A stretch of DNA of 59,676 nucleotides from Methanomicrobiales archaeon (GTDB lineage Archaea; Halobacteriota; Methanomicrobia; Methanomicrobiales; Methanospirillaceae): the NCBI GenBank assembly GCA_026394765.1, contig JAPKXQ010000082.1, positions 1-59,676 on the forward strand, in the 5' to 3' direction. This document shows, in pieces, positions 10,175 to 19,817 of the stretch. Position 1 is the first letter of the stretch. The number at the start of each line of letters is the position of its first letter. The position numbers were made by a program, and so were the translations under genes. The notes under the pieces are model-generated. The model ran no database searches. It saw only the letters and a list, made by a program, of their open reading frames with translations, and was not told where the DNA came from.

Positions 10175-11620
10175 ATGGACTGGGCTGAGTTGTACCGCCC
10201 AATGCGGCTCAGGGAGATCGTCGGGAACCAACCTGTCATTCACAGGATGGTAGACTGGGCCAAGACCTGGACACCGGCGAGCAAACCCCTCCTCCTGTAT
10301 GGAAAAGCAGGCATCGGCAAGACCTCTTCCGCACATGCCCTCGCCCGTGACATGAACTGGGACGTCCTGGAATTAAACGCGAGTGACCAGAGGACGAGAG
10401 ATGCCATCGATCGAGTGGCTGGGGCAGGGAGCATGAGCGGGAGCCTGACAGGACAAACTCACCGCCTCATCATCCTGGACGAGGCCGACAACCTCCATGG
10501 TACCGCAGATGCGGGTGGAGCAAGGGCAATTCTTGGAATCATCCGAACCAGTGTCCACCCGATAATTCTCATCGCTAATGATGCCTATGGGATCACCCCA
10601 GATTTGCGGTTTGCCTGCGAACCACTCCAGTTCAAGGCCCTCCCGAATCGCTCGATAGTCCCCCACCTCAGAGGTATCTGTGCGCGGGAAGGTGTGTCCT
10701 GCAGCGATAAAGCCCTCCATACCATCGCAGACGCTTCGTCTGGGGACCTCCGCCTCGCGCTCAACATGCTCTCGGCCGCATCATCCGGGAAGGACAGCCT
10801 CACTGATGATGACATCATAAGTTCAGGAAAAGACGCGCGTGCGACCATCTTCTCCCTTATACCAGCCATATTTTCCTCACATGATGACGGGGAACTCCTC
10901 AGGTTAAGCCGCGAGGTGGACGACACCCCAGATGCCGTGCTTCAGTGGATAGAGGGCATGGTCCCAGGAGTACTTGCCGGAGAGCGGATGTACTTGGGGT
11001 ACAGGTGCCTCTCAAGGGCAGATGAGTACCTGGGCAACACATTCAGAGCGCAGTACTACACGCTCTGGCGCTATGCAAGCGCCCTCATGGTCCTCGGAGT
11101 CGCCTCAGCCTCAGGGGGGCGCGGATTCCATACCCGCATCACACCTCCTGACCGCTGGAAACGGCAGGGTGCCGCAAAGAAACAACGGGTACTTCGAATC
11201 TCCCTCCTCTCACGCGTGGCTTCGAGGACGCACATCCCTGTAAAGGCCCTCCGTGAGGAGTATATGGGTCCGCTCACTCTCTTGATTGATGCATCCCCTG
11301 AACCATTTGTAAGCGGTCTCTCACTCGATGTAGAAGAACTGAACCTCTTCTTGCACGACCGGTCACGCTCACAGGAGATTTTAAAAGCCTTTGGTGCCGG
11401 GGGAGAAAGGGGCGGGGAGAAGGTTGCGGATGAAGGACCATTCGTGCAGAAACGGGGTAGGGGGAGACCAAAAAGCGTAGCAAAGACGTCTCCTCCCAAT
11501 GCCTCTGCACCCCCTCCCATTGAGAAGACCAAAGAAGTCCCTGTGCCTGAAGAGAGGACTGTACCGGATGGAAAAAAGAGCCCTGCACAACGTCAGAAGA
11601 CACTCTTCGAGGGGTTCTAA
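10175..11620 (+). CDS. rfcL: Replication factor C large subunit
   Basis: MDWAELYRP...LLLYGKAGIGKTSSAHALA (Walker A), LIILDEADNL (Walker B), a Lys/Pro-rich tail, and a C-terminal PIP-like QKTLFEGF. The ORF opens at a TTG at 10163. The ATG at 10175 is preferred. Confidence 0.9.
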   Translation: MDWAELYRPMRLREIVGNQPVIHRMVDWAKTWTPASKPLLLYGKAGIGKTSSAHALARDMNWDVLELNASDQRTRDAIDRVAGAGSMSGSLTGQTHRLIILDEADNLHGTADAGGARAILGIIRTSVHPIILIANDAYGITPDLRFACEPLQFKALPNRSIVPHLRGICAREGVSCSDKALHTIADASSGDLRLALNMLSAASSGKDSLTDDDIISSGKDARATIFSLIPAIFSSHDDGELLRLSREVDDTPDAVLQWIEGMVPGVLAGERMYLGYRCLSRADEYLGNTFRAQYYTLWRYASALMVLGVASASGGRGFHTRITPPDRWKRQGAAKKQRVLRISLLSRVASRTHIPVKALREEYMGPLTLLIDASPEPFVSGLSLDVEELNLFLHDRSRSQEILKAFGAGGERGGEKVADEGPFVQKRGRGRPKSVAKTSPPNASAPPPIEKTKEVPVPEERTVPDGKKSPAQRQKTLFEGF

Positions 11621-12015
11621 GCCGCATGGTATCGGTGAAGCAGAACACCGCAGTCGATCCGTTCTCCTCCGTCCCCCCAGATCTCGAACCCGAGGTGGTA
11701 CACAAGGATGTCTGCACCGACTGCGACACCAAGTGCGATGAGGGGGGAGATCATCTCCACCCCGGGTCTGACCGCATAGATGACGTCGGCTTCTTTGTAG
11801 AGCCATACCTTGGGGGTAAAAACATCGTCCTGCACGAATCTGATGACTGGGGGTGGGGTGATGTCCCGGACGTCTGTAGCAAAGCGAAGTGCTCCCCTCA
11901 TGCCAACTACCAGGGCAGCGGTAAAGTTCTCTCCGATCCCGACTTCAATTGCACGCCGGTACCGTCCTGCCACATACTGACCAATGGCCTTCTCGATAGA
12001 TCGCGTGCCATACAT
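11617..12015 (-). CDS. UPF0146 family protein (Rossmann-like, MTH1000-type)
   Basis: AIEVGIGENFTAALVV...ATDV...FVQDDVFTP...YKEADVIYAVRPGVEM. About 132 aa from the ATG at 12015. The longer ORF reaching 12120 would be antisense to the neighbouring gene. Confidence 0.55.
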   Translation of the reverse strand: MYGTRSIEKAIGQYVAGRYRRAIEVGIGENFTAALVVGMRGALRFATDVRDITPPPVIRFVQDDVFTPKVWLYKEADVIYAVRPGVEMISPLIALGVAVGADILVYHLGFEIWGDGGERIDCGVLLHRYHAA

Positions 12016-12631
12016 TGGGTGTGATAAGGTGAGGGAGACCGATATCCTAATACTATGGGACAGTAGCGCGCAACGTGGACTCGTTGCCCCCCTTGCCCGC
12101 ACAATTGCCACAATTTTCATGCTCCCTACTGATATCGGAGAGTCTCCGCTCCTCCTGACTGGCTACAACTCTTCCCGCCACCAGTATGATGCCGGCTCAA
12201 TCCTCACCTGTCTTGACACATTCAGGCGTCGGCACCGCATCTCGGCCCTTACCCTGCTTATCCTCTCCCACGACATCTTCATCCCTGACTATTCCCATGT
12301 ATTTGGCCTCGCAAGACCCACAAGCGGTTCTGCAGTAGTCTCCTCCTCCCGCCTCTCGAATGGGTGGTATGGCTTGCCTGACGACGCTGGAGAACTCCTC
12401 GACCGCCTCATCAAGGAGGGTGCCCACGAGGTCGGGCACCTCCTCAGCCTCGGACACTGCCGCACTGCTACCTGCATCATGTACAGTCCAGAGTCGATTG
12501 ATGACTTGCAACGTAAGACTCAGGCGTTTTGTGGATATTGCCAGAGTATACTCGACAGCCGAAGATCTGGTATATGCGCGCAGACCTACGACCTGCCAGG
12601 CAAGGGGCAAATCAGCGGGCCAAGTCCTTAA
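11984..12631 (+). CDS. amzA: Archaemetzincin (zinc metallopeptidase)
   Basis: HEVGHLLSLGHC followed by CIM...C..C, the archaemetzincin HExxHxxGxxHC signature plus Cys-rich tail. The start is uncertain: the ATG at 11984 overlaps the divergent UPF0146 start, and a GTG at 12029 is an alternative. Confidence 0.8.
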   Translation: MAFSIDRVPYIGCDKVRETDILILWDSSAQRGLVAPLARTIATIFMLPTDIGESPLLLTGYNSSRHQYDAGSILTCLDTFRRRHRISALTLLILSHDIFIPDYSHVFGLARPTSGSAVVSSSRLSNGWYGLPDDAGELLDRLIKEGAHEVGHLLSLGHCRTATCIMYSPESIDDLQRKTQAFCGYCQSILDSRRSGICAQTYDLPGKGQISGPSP

Positions 12632-12657
12632 TTGAGGATGACCTTAAAAAAAGGATG

Positions 12658-12978
12658 TTATCCGAACAGGGCACCTAGCCCTGCCATGCCGCTCTCTTCC
12701 TCTTCCTTCTTTACTTCGCCTTCGGCCTTATCATCATGTGCTGCTGCTGCGGGTGCTCCACCTGCTGCTGCGGGTGCAGCGGCAACAACGGCGACAGGTG
12801 CGGCCGCTGCCTTGCTGATGGCCTCGTCGATGTTGACACCATCGAGTGCTGCCACAAGGGCTTTGACCCGTGTGTCATCGACCGCGATACCAGCAGCCTG
12901 AAGGACTGCCTTTACTTCAGCTTCTTTTACGCCCTTTCCAGCCTTGTGGAGGAGGAGGGCTGCATAAATATATTCCAT
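12658..12978 (-). CDS. rpl12: 50S ribosomal stalk protein P1 (L12e)
   Basis: [15 protein letters not shown]..., an Ala-rich hinge, and an acidic C-terminus [15 protein letters not shown]. Confidence 0.95.
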   Translation of the reverse strand: MEYIYAALLLHKAGKGVKEAEVKAVLQAAGIAVDDTRVKALVAALDGVNIDEAISKAAAAPVAVVAAAPAAAGGAPAAAAHDDKAEGEVKKEEEESGMAGLGALFG

Positions 12979-13017
12979 TTCTCATTCACCTCTGACAGAA
13001 CTAACGTGTGGTAAATA

Positions 13018-13869
13018 CTAGCCCCCCACAATGCTTTTGAGGGCCCTGCTCTCACCATATGCCTTTCCTAGAATGGCATCGATGACATCCTTTTCGTATA
13101 CCGGAGCCTCAACCGCGAGGCTTCTTGCTTCCCGTACTGCACGCCCAAGAATCAGTCCTATCGAGTCCCTGGTCGGGATGGCCGCGCTCACCGAGAGGTT
13201 CAGAGCCTGCTGGACGGCGAGGTTGATATTTGCCAGGACCGCGTCCTCATCTATTGCGAGAACACCGGGTTCGTACAGATCATTCTGGAAGAAAGCGACC
13301 TGAAGGGCGAGCCCAACGTCCATCGGTTTGATGTTGAGCTTCACAAGGATATCGGCAATTTTCTTGCTGATGACCTCGCCCTTCTTCACGACGGTCCTTG
13401 TCTCCCGTATCTTCACCTTCCCTGCCTCGATCGCAGCTGGGATCCCAGCCTGCTGGAGTTCACCCACGATCGGACCAGGTTTGAAGCTCGTCGGACCTTT
13501 CTCCACGACGATGTCGAGAGGAGATATCTCACCGGCTTTTGCCGCCATCTTTGTCTTGGTCTTTTCAAGAGTTTTGAAGAGGCGGAACGGGTTTTCGTTG
13601 GTGAAGATAAGAGCTGAATGCCCCTTGACATGCGCGGTTACCGAGGGGAGCGCTCCTCCCATCTCCTCAAAGGCATGGGTGATCAGGGTGTTCCTCGTCA
13701 TTCGTATGACGGCACGCGCCTTGAGGTTCCGCCTGATCTGCTGCATCTGGGAAGCGGGGATACCGTACATATCGACAAGCCCAACCAGGGCATAGGACTG
13801 TGCGTGCTTCTTGATCTCCTCGACCTCCCGCCGTTTCCATGCTGGGAGGTGCCGGGTATAGACCGCCAT
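13018..13869 (-). CDS. rplP0: 50S ribosomal protein L10 / acidic protein P0
   Basis: 283 aa, HLPAWKRREVEEIK..., positioned between L1 and L12 in the conserved stalk operon. Confidence 0.9.
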   Translation of the reverse strand: MAVYTRHLPAWKRREVEEIKKHAQSYALVGLVDMYGIPASQMQQIRRNLKARAVIRMTRNTLITHAFEEMGGALPSVTAHVKGHSALIFTNENPFRLFKTLEKTKTKMAAKAGEISPLDIVVEKGPTSFKPGPIVGELQQAGIPAAIEAGKVKIRETRTVVKKGEVISKKIADILVKLNIKPMDVGLALQVAFFQNDLYEPGVLAIDEDAVLANINLAVQQALNLSVSAAIPTRDSIGLILGRAVREARSLAVEAPVYEKDVIDAILGKAYGESRALKSIVGG

Positions 13870-13871
13870 CT

Positions 13872-14516
13872 CTAGACCACCTTCACCGGAGGGCCCATGG
13901 TGGTCTTGACATAGACCGACCTGATGTTGAGGTTACCCTGTTCGAGTTTTGCTTCCACACGCTTCAGGACTGCATCGATATTCTCAGTGATCTGGTCAGG
14001 AGTCATCGCGGTAGACCCGACCTTCACATGAAAAACCTTCTTGTCCTTTGTCCGCACCTTCACAGAGTTGCGGAGCCGCTCAACAATCGGCTTGATGTCG
14101 GTGCCACCCTGTATCGGGGTTGGCATCCTTCCCCTGGGCCCAAGACGTGGACCGAGGAACTTTCCGACCTGCGGCATAACAGATGGTTCGGCAAGAAAGA
14201 ACCTGTAACGGTTTGCTACCTTGCGTGCCTCTCTGGGCGCCCCACCGAGACGTTCAATCTCCTCAGGGCCCATGATCGCATCGACACCAGCTTCCTTGGC
14301 ACGGGTGGTGATGTCACCCTTACCGAGGACCGCGATCCCAACCTTCCTCCCCGTCCCATGGGGGAGGAGGATAGTCTCGTCGATTCGGTTCTTCGGCTGT
14401 GCCATATCAATATTTTTAAGGTTGACGGTGATGTCTATGCTCTCGCCAAACTTTCGTTGCGGTGCCTTCTCTATTGCCGCTTTTACGGCGTCTACGATGT
14501 GCAACCGCTCAACCAT
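13872..14516 (-). CDS. rpl1: 50S ribosomal protein L1
   Basis: 214 aa, ...KFGESIDITVNLKNIDMAQPKNRIDETILLPHGTG..., in the conserved operon position. Confidence 0.9.
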   Translation of the reverse strand: MVERLHIVDAVKAAIEKAPQRKFGESIDITVNLKNIDMAQPKNRIDETILLPHGTGRKVGIAVLGKGDITTRAKEAGVDAIMGPEEIERLGGAPREARKVANRYRFFLAEPSVMPQVGKFLGPRLGPRGRMPTPIQGGTDIKPIVERLRNSVKVRTKDKKVFHVKVGSTAMTPDQITENIDAVLKRVEAKLEQGNLNIRSVYVKTTMGPPVKVV

Positions 14517-14568
14517 TCTTTTCCTCCATAGTACTGCGACCTCATCGATCTTCTATGGGTTTCACACG

Positions 14569-15045
14569 CTATTCCGTGAGGACGTTATCATAACTGCCTG
14601 ATGAAATCGCGGACAGGGCTTCTTTGGGCCTCTTTCCGTCAACGGTGATGCCCATGCTGACGCATGTGCCGACCACCTCTTTAACGGCGTGCTTGAGGTC
14701 ATATGAGAGCATGTCCTGCTGTTTCATCCTGGCAATCCTGATAGCAGCCTCAAGCGGCAAGTTCCCCACAACCACCTGGTTGGGTTCGGGGGATCCTTTC
14801 TCGATACCGGCCTCTTTCATAATGAGGGCCGTAGTTGGTGGGATTCCCACCGTCACTGTGAAGTTCTTCTTGTCATCGACATCAATCCGAACCGGCACCT
14901 GCATCCCGTTAAAGGACGCAGTCTGCTGGTTGATCTGGTCTACGACCGCCTTCACATTGATACCGAGTGGCCCGAGCGCAGGTCCTATTGGAGGACCTGC
15001 GGTGGCCTTACCGCCTGGTACCAGAACCTCGACCACTTCTGCCAT
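14569..15045 (-). CDS. rpl11: 50S ribosomal protein L11
   Basis: 158 aa, [27 protein letters not shown]..., the typical L11 N-terminal domain. Confidence 0.9.
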   Translation of the reverse strand: MAEVVEVLVPGGKATAGPPIGPALGPLGINVKAVVDQINQQTASFNGMQVPVRIDVDDKKNFTVTVGIPPTTALIMKEAGIEKGSPEPNQVVVGNLPLEAAIRIARMKQQDMLSYDLKHAVKEVVGTCVSMGITVDGKRPKEALSAISSGSYDNVLTE

Positions 15046-15169
15046 ATCTTCTCCATGCCGTCCCAGAACATGGGCATCCAGCGTGGGTTCACTAAGGTGG
15101 ACGGCACCTTACTTAAAGGTACCACCGCAATTATGCAAAAGATGAAGAGTTTGGGGACACCGGAATAAG

Positions 15170-15176
15170 AAAAAAA
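15170..15176 (-). terminator. Oligo-T terminator candidate after spt5
   Basis: A T7 run on the minus strand lies 15 nt after the spt5 stop, inside a possible ACCGGA/TCCGGT hairpin (15159-15186). Confidence 0.4.
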
Positions 15177-15190
15177 CTCCTCCGGTACCT

Positions 15191-15664
15191 TTACTTGTCC
15201 TCTCCCCGGTCGACAACCCTGACATTGTCGCCACGGATTGTGATGGGGATGGGCAGCACACTCTCATAGAGTTCAACCGTGATCTCTTCTTTTACAGTGT
15301 CGATCCGCTTCACCACCGCCTTCTCCCCCTTGAAGGGGCCGGCGATCAGTTCAACGATCGTCCCTTCAGATATACCGCTCACCACTGGTTTTGGCGTGAG
15401 GAAGTGTGCGACCTCCGAGATCTGAGTTGCGCCCTTCACGACGGCGCGCGCATGGGCAATGAGCTCAACGAGCTGTTCCACACGGTTCAGGTTCTCAGTC
15501 GTCTCGACGAGGACATATCCCTTCAACTCGTCAGGGACAATTATCGACAGAACTTTGACGTCGGTTGCTCCGCTATCGATCGCCTTTTTTATGTTGTCAG
15601 CGACCACTCGCTCCTGTTTTGATGTAGTCTTGATCGCAAAAATGCGACTCGCCTGATCAGGCAT
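15191..15664 (-). CDS. spt5: Transcription elongation factor Spt5 (archaeal NusG)
   Basis: NGN domain plus KOW motif (IAGPFKGEKAVVKRID). 157 aa, positioned between secE and L11. Confidence 0.9.
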   Translation of the reverse strand: MPDQASRIFAIKTTSKQERVVADNIKKAIDSGATDVKVLSIIVPDELKGYVLVETTENLNRVEQLVELIAHARAVVKGATQISEVAHFLTPKPVVSGISEGTIVELIAGPFKGEKAVVKRIDTVKEEITVELYESVLPIPITIRGDNVRVVDRGEDK

Positions 15665-15670
15665 GACGGA

Positions 15671-15868
15671 TCAGTGCGGGACGACGAGCATCAGTTCATA
15701 GAGAGCAAAACCGATGATGCCGATCAAGGCTACTCCGGCAGCTGCGACAAGAGCAATCTTCTGGAACTCGTCCCGCGAGGGGGTCCTTGCGAGTTTGAGA
15801 ACCCGCAGGTATTTCCTGAAGAACTCCTCCTGAAGATCAATATTCAGGTTGGGTTTAGGTAACTCCAT
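15671..15868 (-). CDS. secE: Protein translocase subunit SecE / Sec61-gamma
   Basis: 65 aa with ...YLRVLKLARTPSRDEFQKIALVAAAGVALIGIIGF... and a single C-terminal TM helix, in the conserved position. Confidence 0.85.
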   Translation of the reverse strand: MELPKPNLNIDLQEEFFRKYLRVLKLARTPSRDEFQKIALVAAAGVALIGIIGFALYELMLVVPH

Positions 15869-15885
15869 ATGTATCTCTCACACCC

Positions 15886-16977
15886 TCACTTCAGAAAGTC
15901 TATGTCGAAGTGCTTCTGGACGTTGGGGGTTAATTTTTCATTTCTTCCATATATTTGTGGCGACCGCACACCTGTTACAACAAGGAGGGTCCGCATCTTT
16001 CCCTGCATAGCAGGGTCGATCTGAGCGCCCCAGATGATGCGGGCATTGGGGTCAATAAGGGAATAGACCTCCTGAATTACCTCCTGCGCTTCTGCCACAG
16101 TCATATCCGGACCCCCGATCACATTCACCAGCGCTGCGGTGGACCCCGATATATCCACATCGAGGAGCGGGGAGCGTATCGCCCGTTTGACAGAATCTAC
16201 TGCCTTGTCGGCACTGTCACTCTCACCTACTCCTATCATCGCTACGCCACCCCGCTCCATAACAGTCCTCACGTCTGCAAAGTCCAGGTTCACAAGGGCA
16301 GGTATGGTGATGAGTTCTGTTATCCCTTTCACCGCACGCATCAGGACCTCGTCTGCGACCTTGAAAGCCGCATAGAGGGGGAGTTTTGGTACCACTTCGA
16401 GGAGGCGGTCATTGGGTACCACAATCACTGTATCGGCCACATCACGCAGCCGTTCCAATCCGGCTTCTGCGTTTTCCATCCGAATCGTCCCCTCCGCAGT
16501 GAAGGGGAGAGTGACTATCGCGATGGTCAGAGCACCCTCTTCGCGAGCGGTCTTTGCAACGATGGGTGCGCACCCGGTCCCGGTCCCTCCCCCGAGTCCA
16601 ACGGTGATAAAGACCATGTCACTCCCCGCGACTGCCGCTTTGAGGTCCTGCTCATTTTCCAGGGCAGCTTCTTCCCCGATCTGAGGGATGGAACCAGCAC
16701 CGAGGCCGCGGGTCCGCTGTCTGCCGATGAGGATCCGGGTGTCTGCCTGGGTCCTGGATAGGTGCTGGGCATCGGTATTGATAGCTATCAGCTTTGCACC
16801 CCGGATCCCTTCCTCACGCATCCGGGTGATAGTATTAGATCCCCCTCCACCACAACCGATCACCCTGATCTCAGTCCTGAGTTCCTGGAGGACGGAATCG
16901 AGTTCTTCGCTCTTCTGGAGGGGGGTGGGGGTCTCATCACGCGCCCGTTCCAGTGCCTCTTCGACGATCGACCTCAT
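15886..16977 (-). CDS. ftsZ: Cell division GTPase FtsZ
   Basis: GCGGGGSN and the tubulin signature GLGGGTGTG, plus NTDAQHL. 363 aa. Confidence 0.95.
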   Translation of the reverse strand: MRSIVEEALERARDETPTPLQKSEELDSVLQELRTEIRVIGCGGGGSNTITRMREEGIRGAKLIAINTDAQHLSRTQADTRILIGRQRTRGLGAGSIPQIGEEAALENEQDLKAAVAGSDMVFITVGLGGGTGTGCAPIVAKTAREEGALTIAIVTLPFTAEGTIRMENAEAGLERLRDVADTVIVVPNDRLLEVVPKLPLYAAFKVADEVLMRAVKGITELITIPALVNLDFADVRTVMERGGVAMIGVGESDSADKAVDSVKRAIRSPLLDVDISGSTAALVNVIGGPDMTVAEAQEVIQEVYSLIDPNARIIWGAQIDPAMQGKMRTLLVVTGVRSPQIYGRNEKLTPNVQKHFDIDFLK

Positions 16978-18308
16978 AGGTATGTCCTCAACCCCGGGAT
17001 ATTGACCCGGGTCTCACTGGGGATGAGCACCATCTCAGGGGTGACGGTCCGGCCCCCTACGGTGACGGGACGACCTTCTATTAATGTCGCTAATAGAGGC
17101 CCAGGGGGAATCCCCAGGCTGCGGGCCTTTGCAGGGTCCATCCGCGTCCTTCTGATGATGAGGCAGTCCCCGCTCCTAGCAGTGTCCCTTTTCCCACATA
17201 TGATCATGAGGCAGAGATTTATTAATGCATGCAGGTCTTCCCGCTCTCTGCCGCGTTCACAGAAGAATCCTGGCAATACCTGGTGATCGCCACTGGTCAG
17301 GTGGACGACAGGGAATGTAGTGAGTCCACTTATGAGGTTGCTGGCACCAGCCTTCAAGGCCTCTGTGAGGAGGTCAGGGGGGATCTCGATAAGAACGGGC
17401 TCAAATGAGCCACTGAACTTATGGGGGGTTATATGGGCACCGGGTCTGTATGCATCGGCCATTCTCGTGAGGGTTACGTATGTCGCCCAGGGGAGGTCGC
17501 CTATGGCGGTGAGGTCCCCTTCAGAGAGGATCGGAAGACCCAGGGGTGTGAGGAGGGATCCAAGGCCCGCCAGGTCCCTGGATGAGAGTGCCTTCCGATC
17601 TATGTAGATGGCATCTGCATGGCTCGCAGATGCGAGGGCACCGATGAGGTCGCGGTCAAGGTCCTGGATATCACGGGTCGGTACGATATGACCAAATGCA
17701 CCGCGTGACGAGAGTGCGATTGCAGTCTGGCGGCGTGCGTAGTGTGTACCTCCAAAACCGAGGAGACGAATCACCTGGTGTGGCTGTGCACAAAGTACGC
17801 TCTGTGCGACGGCGTCGGCAGCGGCAGGGTCAGACCACTCATCCGGCGTGCTCCCTATCTCGACAAAGAGGGAGGGTAATGTGAGTGATGTGGGCCCATG
17901 GTGGGTCGCCTCATACGAGACGCGATAGCCAGGAGGGGCCCTACGATTGAGCTCCTGCAGGACGGCATGCATCCAGGCAGGGTCGAGGGGGACGCACGTC
18001 CGGGGGGCACCCCCGAAGTCTGCGGTCCTGAAGTTGCCAGTACCATGGACTGTGAGGACAGGAGACGGATGGGCGCTCTGGTGCCGGGATAGAAAGATGA
18101 TGAGATCGGCGTCGAGGCCCCTGTCCGGATGCTCCAGGTGGATCAATCGCTCCCTGACCTCATGCACTGAAAAGAGGACGCGTCCTCTCCTGAAAGAACG
18201 CAGACCAGTATCTCCGGCGATTACGAGGATGCGTTCCTTGATCAGTCTCCCTGCCGGGTCCTGAAAAGAGTTAATAAGGGCTATCTTGTAAGGCTCATCC
18301 GTAGTCAT
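16974..18308 (-). CDS. dtdA: D-aminoacyl-tRNA deacylase, archaeal DtdA type, with a C-terminal extension of about 170 aa
   Basis: The N-terminal ~270 aa carry [13 protein letters not shown]...SRH...TVHGTGN...EATHHGP...VEIGS...GGTHY, the DTD2/DtdA pattern. The C-terminal part carries [30 protein letters not shown]. There is a 4-nt overlap with ftsZ. Confidence 0.75.
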   Translation of the reverse strand: MTTDEPYKIALINSFQDPAGRLIKERILVIAGDTGLRSFRRGRVLFSVHEVRERLIHLEHPDRGLDADLIIFLSRHQSAHPSPVLTVHGTGNFRTADFGGAPRTCVPLDPAWMHAVLQELNRRAPPGYRVSYEATHHGPTSLTLPSLFVEIGSTPDEWSDPAAADAVAQSVLCAQPHQVIRLLGFGGTHYARRQTAIALSSRGAFGHIVPTRDIQDLDRDLIGALASASHADAIYIDRKALSSRDLAGLGSLLTPLGLPILSEGDLTAIGDLPWATYVTLTRMADAYRPGAHITPHKFSGSFEPVLIEIPPDLLTEALKAGASNLISGLTTFPVVHLTSGDHQVLPGFFCERGREREDLHALINLCLMIICGKRDTARSGDCLIIRRTRMDPAKARSLGIPPGPLLATLIEGRPVTVGGRTVTPEMVLIPSETRVNIPGLRTYL

Positions 18309-18415
18309 CCGTGCTCCTCTTCATGCTCCTCATCATAGTACCTTTTAGGCAACGGTGAATGTAACTGAGCCCTATAGGATCATTTCTATCTTTCCTGGCA
18401 GAGAAGTAAACTATC

Positions 18416-18592
18416 ATGGATGAAGAGAAGATCCGTATGTTATTTGCTGAACTGGGTATTGTGGACACCATCACCTGCCCACAGGCATTTGCTGTCGCTG
18501 ATAAGAACGATCTTTCAAAAGTGGATATCGCCCGCTACTGTAACACCCATGGAGTAAAGATCCGGGGCTGCCAGCTCGGATGTTTCAAATAA
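18416..18592 (+). CDS. Small conserved-looking protein (58 aa) ending in GCQLGCF. It is below the ORF-track cutoff.
   Basis: ATG at 18416, TAA at 18590-18592: MDEEKIRMLFAELGIVDTITCPQAFAVADKNDLSKVDIARYCNTHGVKIRGCQLGCFK. It ends 13 nt before moeA. Codon usage looks like that of neighbouring genes. Confidence 0.5.
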   Translation: MDEEKIRMLFAELGIVDTITCPQAFAVADKNDLSKVDIARYCNTHGVKIRGCQLGCFK

Positions 18593-18605
18593 GACAGTTC
18601 CGACC

Positions 18606-19817
18606 ATGGGTCTCTTTCTCTCTGCAATACCGGTTGAGGAGGCGGTGCGGCTCGTCTCCCGCCTTGCCTCACCCATTCCAGGAGGGTCTGTGCCCCTCAA
18701 CAGGGCATACCAGAGGGTCCTTGCCACTGATATCACCGCTGACCTGGATATACCAGGTTTCGATCGTTCTGTAGTTGACGGGTATGGAGTGCGTGCTGCT
18801 GCAACATCAGGAGTGAGTGAGTCGGTTCCTGCTATGCTGAACCTTCTGGGGAGGGTCACTATGGGAACCGGTCCTTCCTCTGATCGAGCGATCTCTTCCG
18901 ATGTTTGCGCATATGTCCCAACTGGAGGAGCCTTACCAATTGGGGCCGATGCAGTGGTGATGATAGAGCACACCGAACTGGCAGGAGACCTTGTCCTGGT
19001 CCGCAGGCCTGTTGCCCAGGGAGAGAACGTCATACGGAAGGGGGAAGACTTTTCAGCAGGTGAGGTGGTCCTACGACAGGGGACACGCATATCGCCCCGC
19101 GACATGGGTGCCCTTGCCGCAGTCGGGTGTGCCGAGGTACCTGTCAGAGCAGTCCCGTCTGTCGGTGTCATCTCCACAGGGAATGAACTGGTCCCGGTAG
19201 AGGCCGTGCCCTCCATTGGTGAGGTCCGCGATGTGAATGCCGCCCTCTGTGGAGCTTTTTTGGAGCATTTAGGCTGCAATCCGGTTTACTATGGGATTGT
19301 GCGCGATGAGCGGGAGGCACTCGATGCGACCCTCGAGAGGGCGGTCAGGGAGTGCGATACGGTCCTGATCTCTGGGGGCAGCTCCAAGGACGACCGCGAT
19401 ATGACGGCATCGATCATCGCCGGGAGAGGTGAGGTGCTTGTCCATGGGATCGCAATCGCCCCGGGAAAGCCGACTATCATCGGGAGATTCCAGGGCATCC
19501 CGGTCATTGGCCTCCCAGGTCACCCGGCGTCGACCTATGTAGTCCTCGAAGTCATCGTCCGGCACCTTATTACTGCGCTTACAGGAGAGACCAATGCACT
19601 CCCCCAGGTCAGGCGCGTTCTCGTGCGGGAGAACATCCCTTCAGTCAGGGGTCGGGAGGAATACATCCGTGTGAAGATCGAGGGTGACGGAGTATATCCC
19701 ATGTTTGGCAAGTCAGGGCTCCTCAACACCCTCGTCAGAAGCGACGGCCTGGTCAGAGTCCCGGCAGGTAGGGAGGGGTTCGAGATCGGCGAAGAGGTTG
19801 AGGTGGTCCTTTGGTGA
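18606..19817 (+). CDS. moeA: Molybdopterin molybdenum/tungsten transferase MoeA
   Basis: 403 aa. DIPGFDRSVVDGYGV..., SPRDMGALAAVG, ISGGSSKDDRD, GIAIAPGKP, GLPGHPAS. Confidence 0.9.
   Translation: MGLFLSAIPVEEAVRLVSRLASPIPGGSVPLNRAYQRVLATDITADLDIPGFDRSVVDGYGVRAAATSGVSESVPAMLNLLGRVTMGTGPSSDRAISSDVCAYVPTGGALPIGADAVVMIEHTELAGDLVLVRRPVAQGENVIRKGEDFSAGEVVLRQGTRISPRDMGALAAVGCAEVPVRAVPSVGVISTGNELVPVEAVPSIGEVRDVNAALCGAFLEHLGCNPVYYGIVRDEREALDATLERAVRECDTVLISGGSSKDDRDMTASIIAGRGEVLVHGIAIAPGKPTIIGRFQGIPVIGLPGHPASTYVVLEVIVRHLITALTGETNALPQVRRVLVRENIPSVRGREEYIRVKIEGDGVYPMFGKSGLLNTLVRSDGLVRVPAGREGFEIGEEVEVVLW

Noticed and set aside
11626-12024. 132-aa plus-strand ORF
   Set aside because: It is antisense to the UPF0146 gene, which carries the recognisable family pattern.
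12700-12800. GCN-rich tandem-like repeats
   Set aside because: This is the Ala-rich hinge of ribosomal stalk protein P1 read on the opposite strand. It is coding low complexity, not a repeat element.
13839-16761. Long plus-strand ORFs (13839-14531, 14624-15145, 15955-16761) across the ribosomal protein/ftsZ block
   Set aside because: All are antisense to strongly supported conserved genes. This is typical of GC-rich third-position bias keeping the opposite frame open.
18515-19279. 254-aa minus-strand ORF opposite moeA
   Set aside because: It is an antisense shadow ORF with low-complexity Ser/Thr/Ala/Pro-rich content. moeA motifs are on the other strand.
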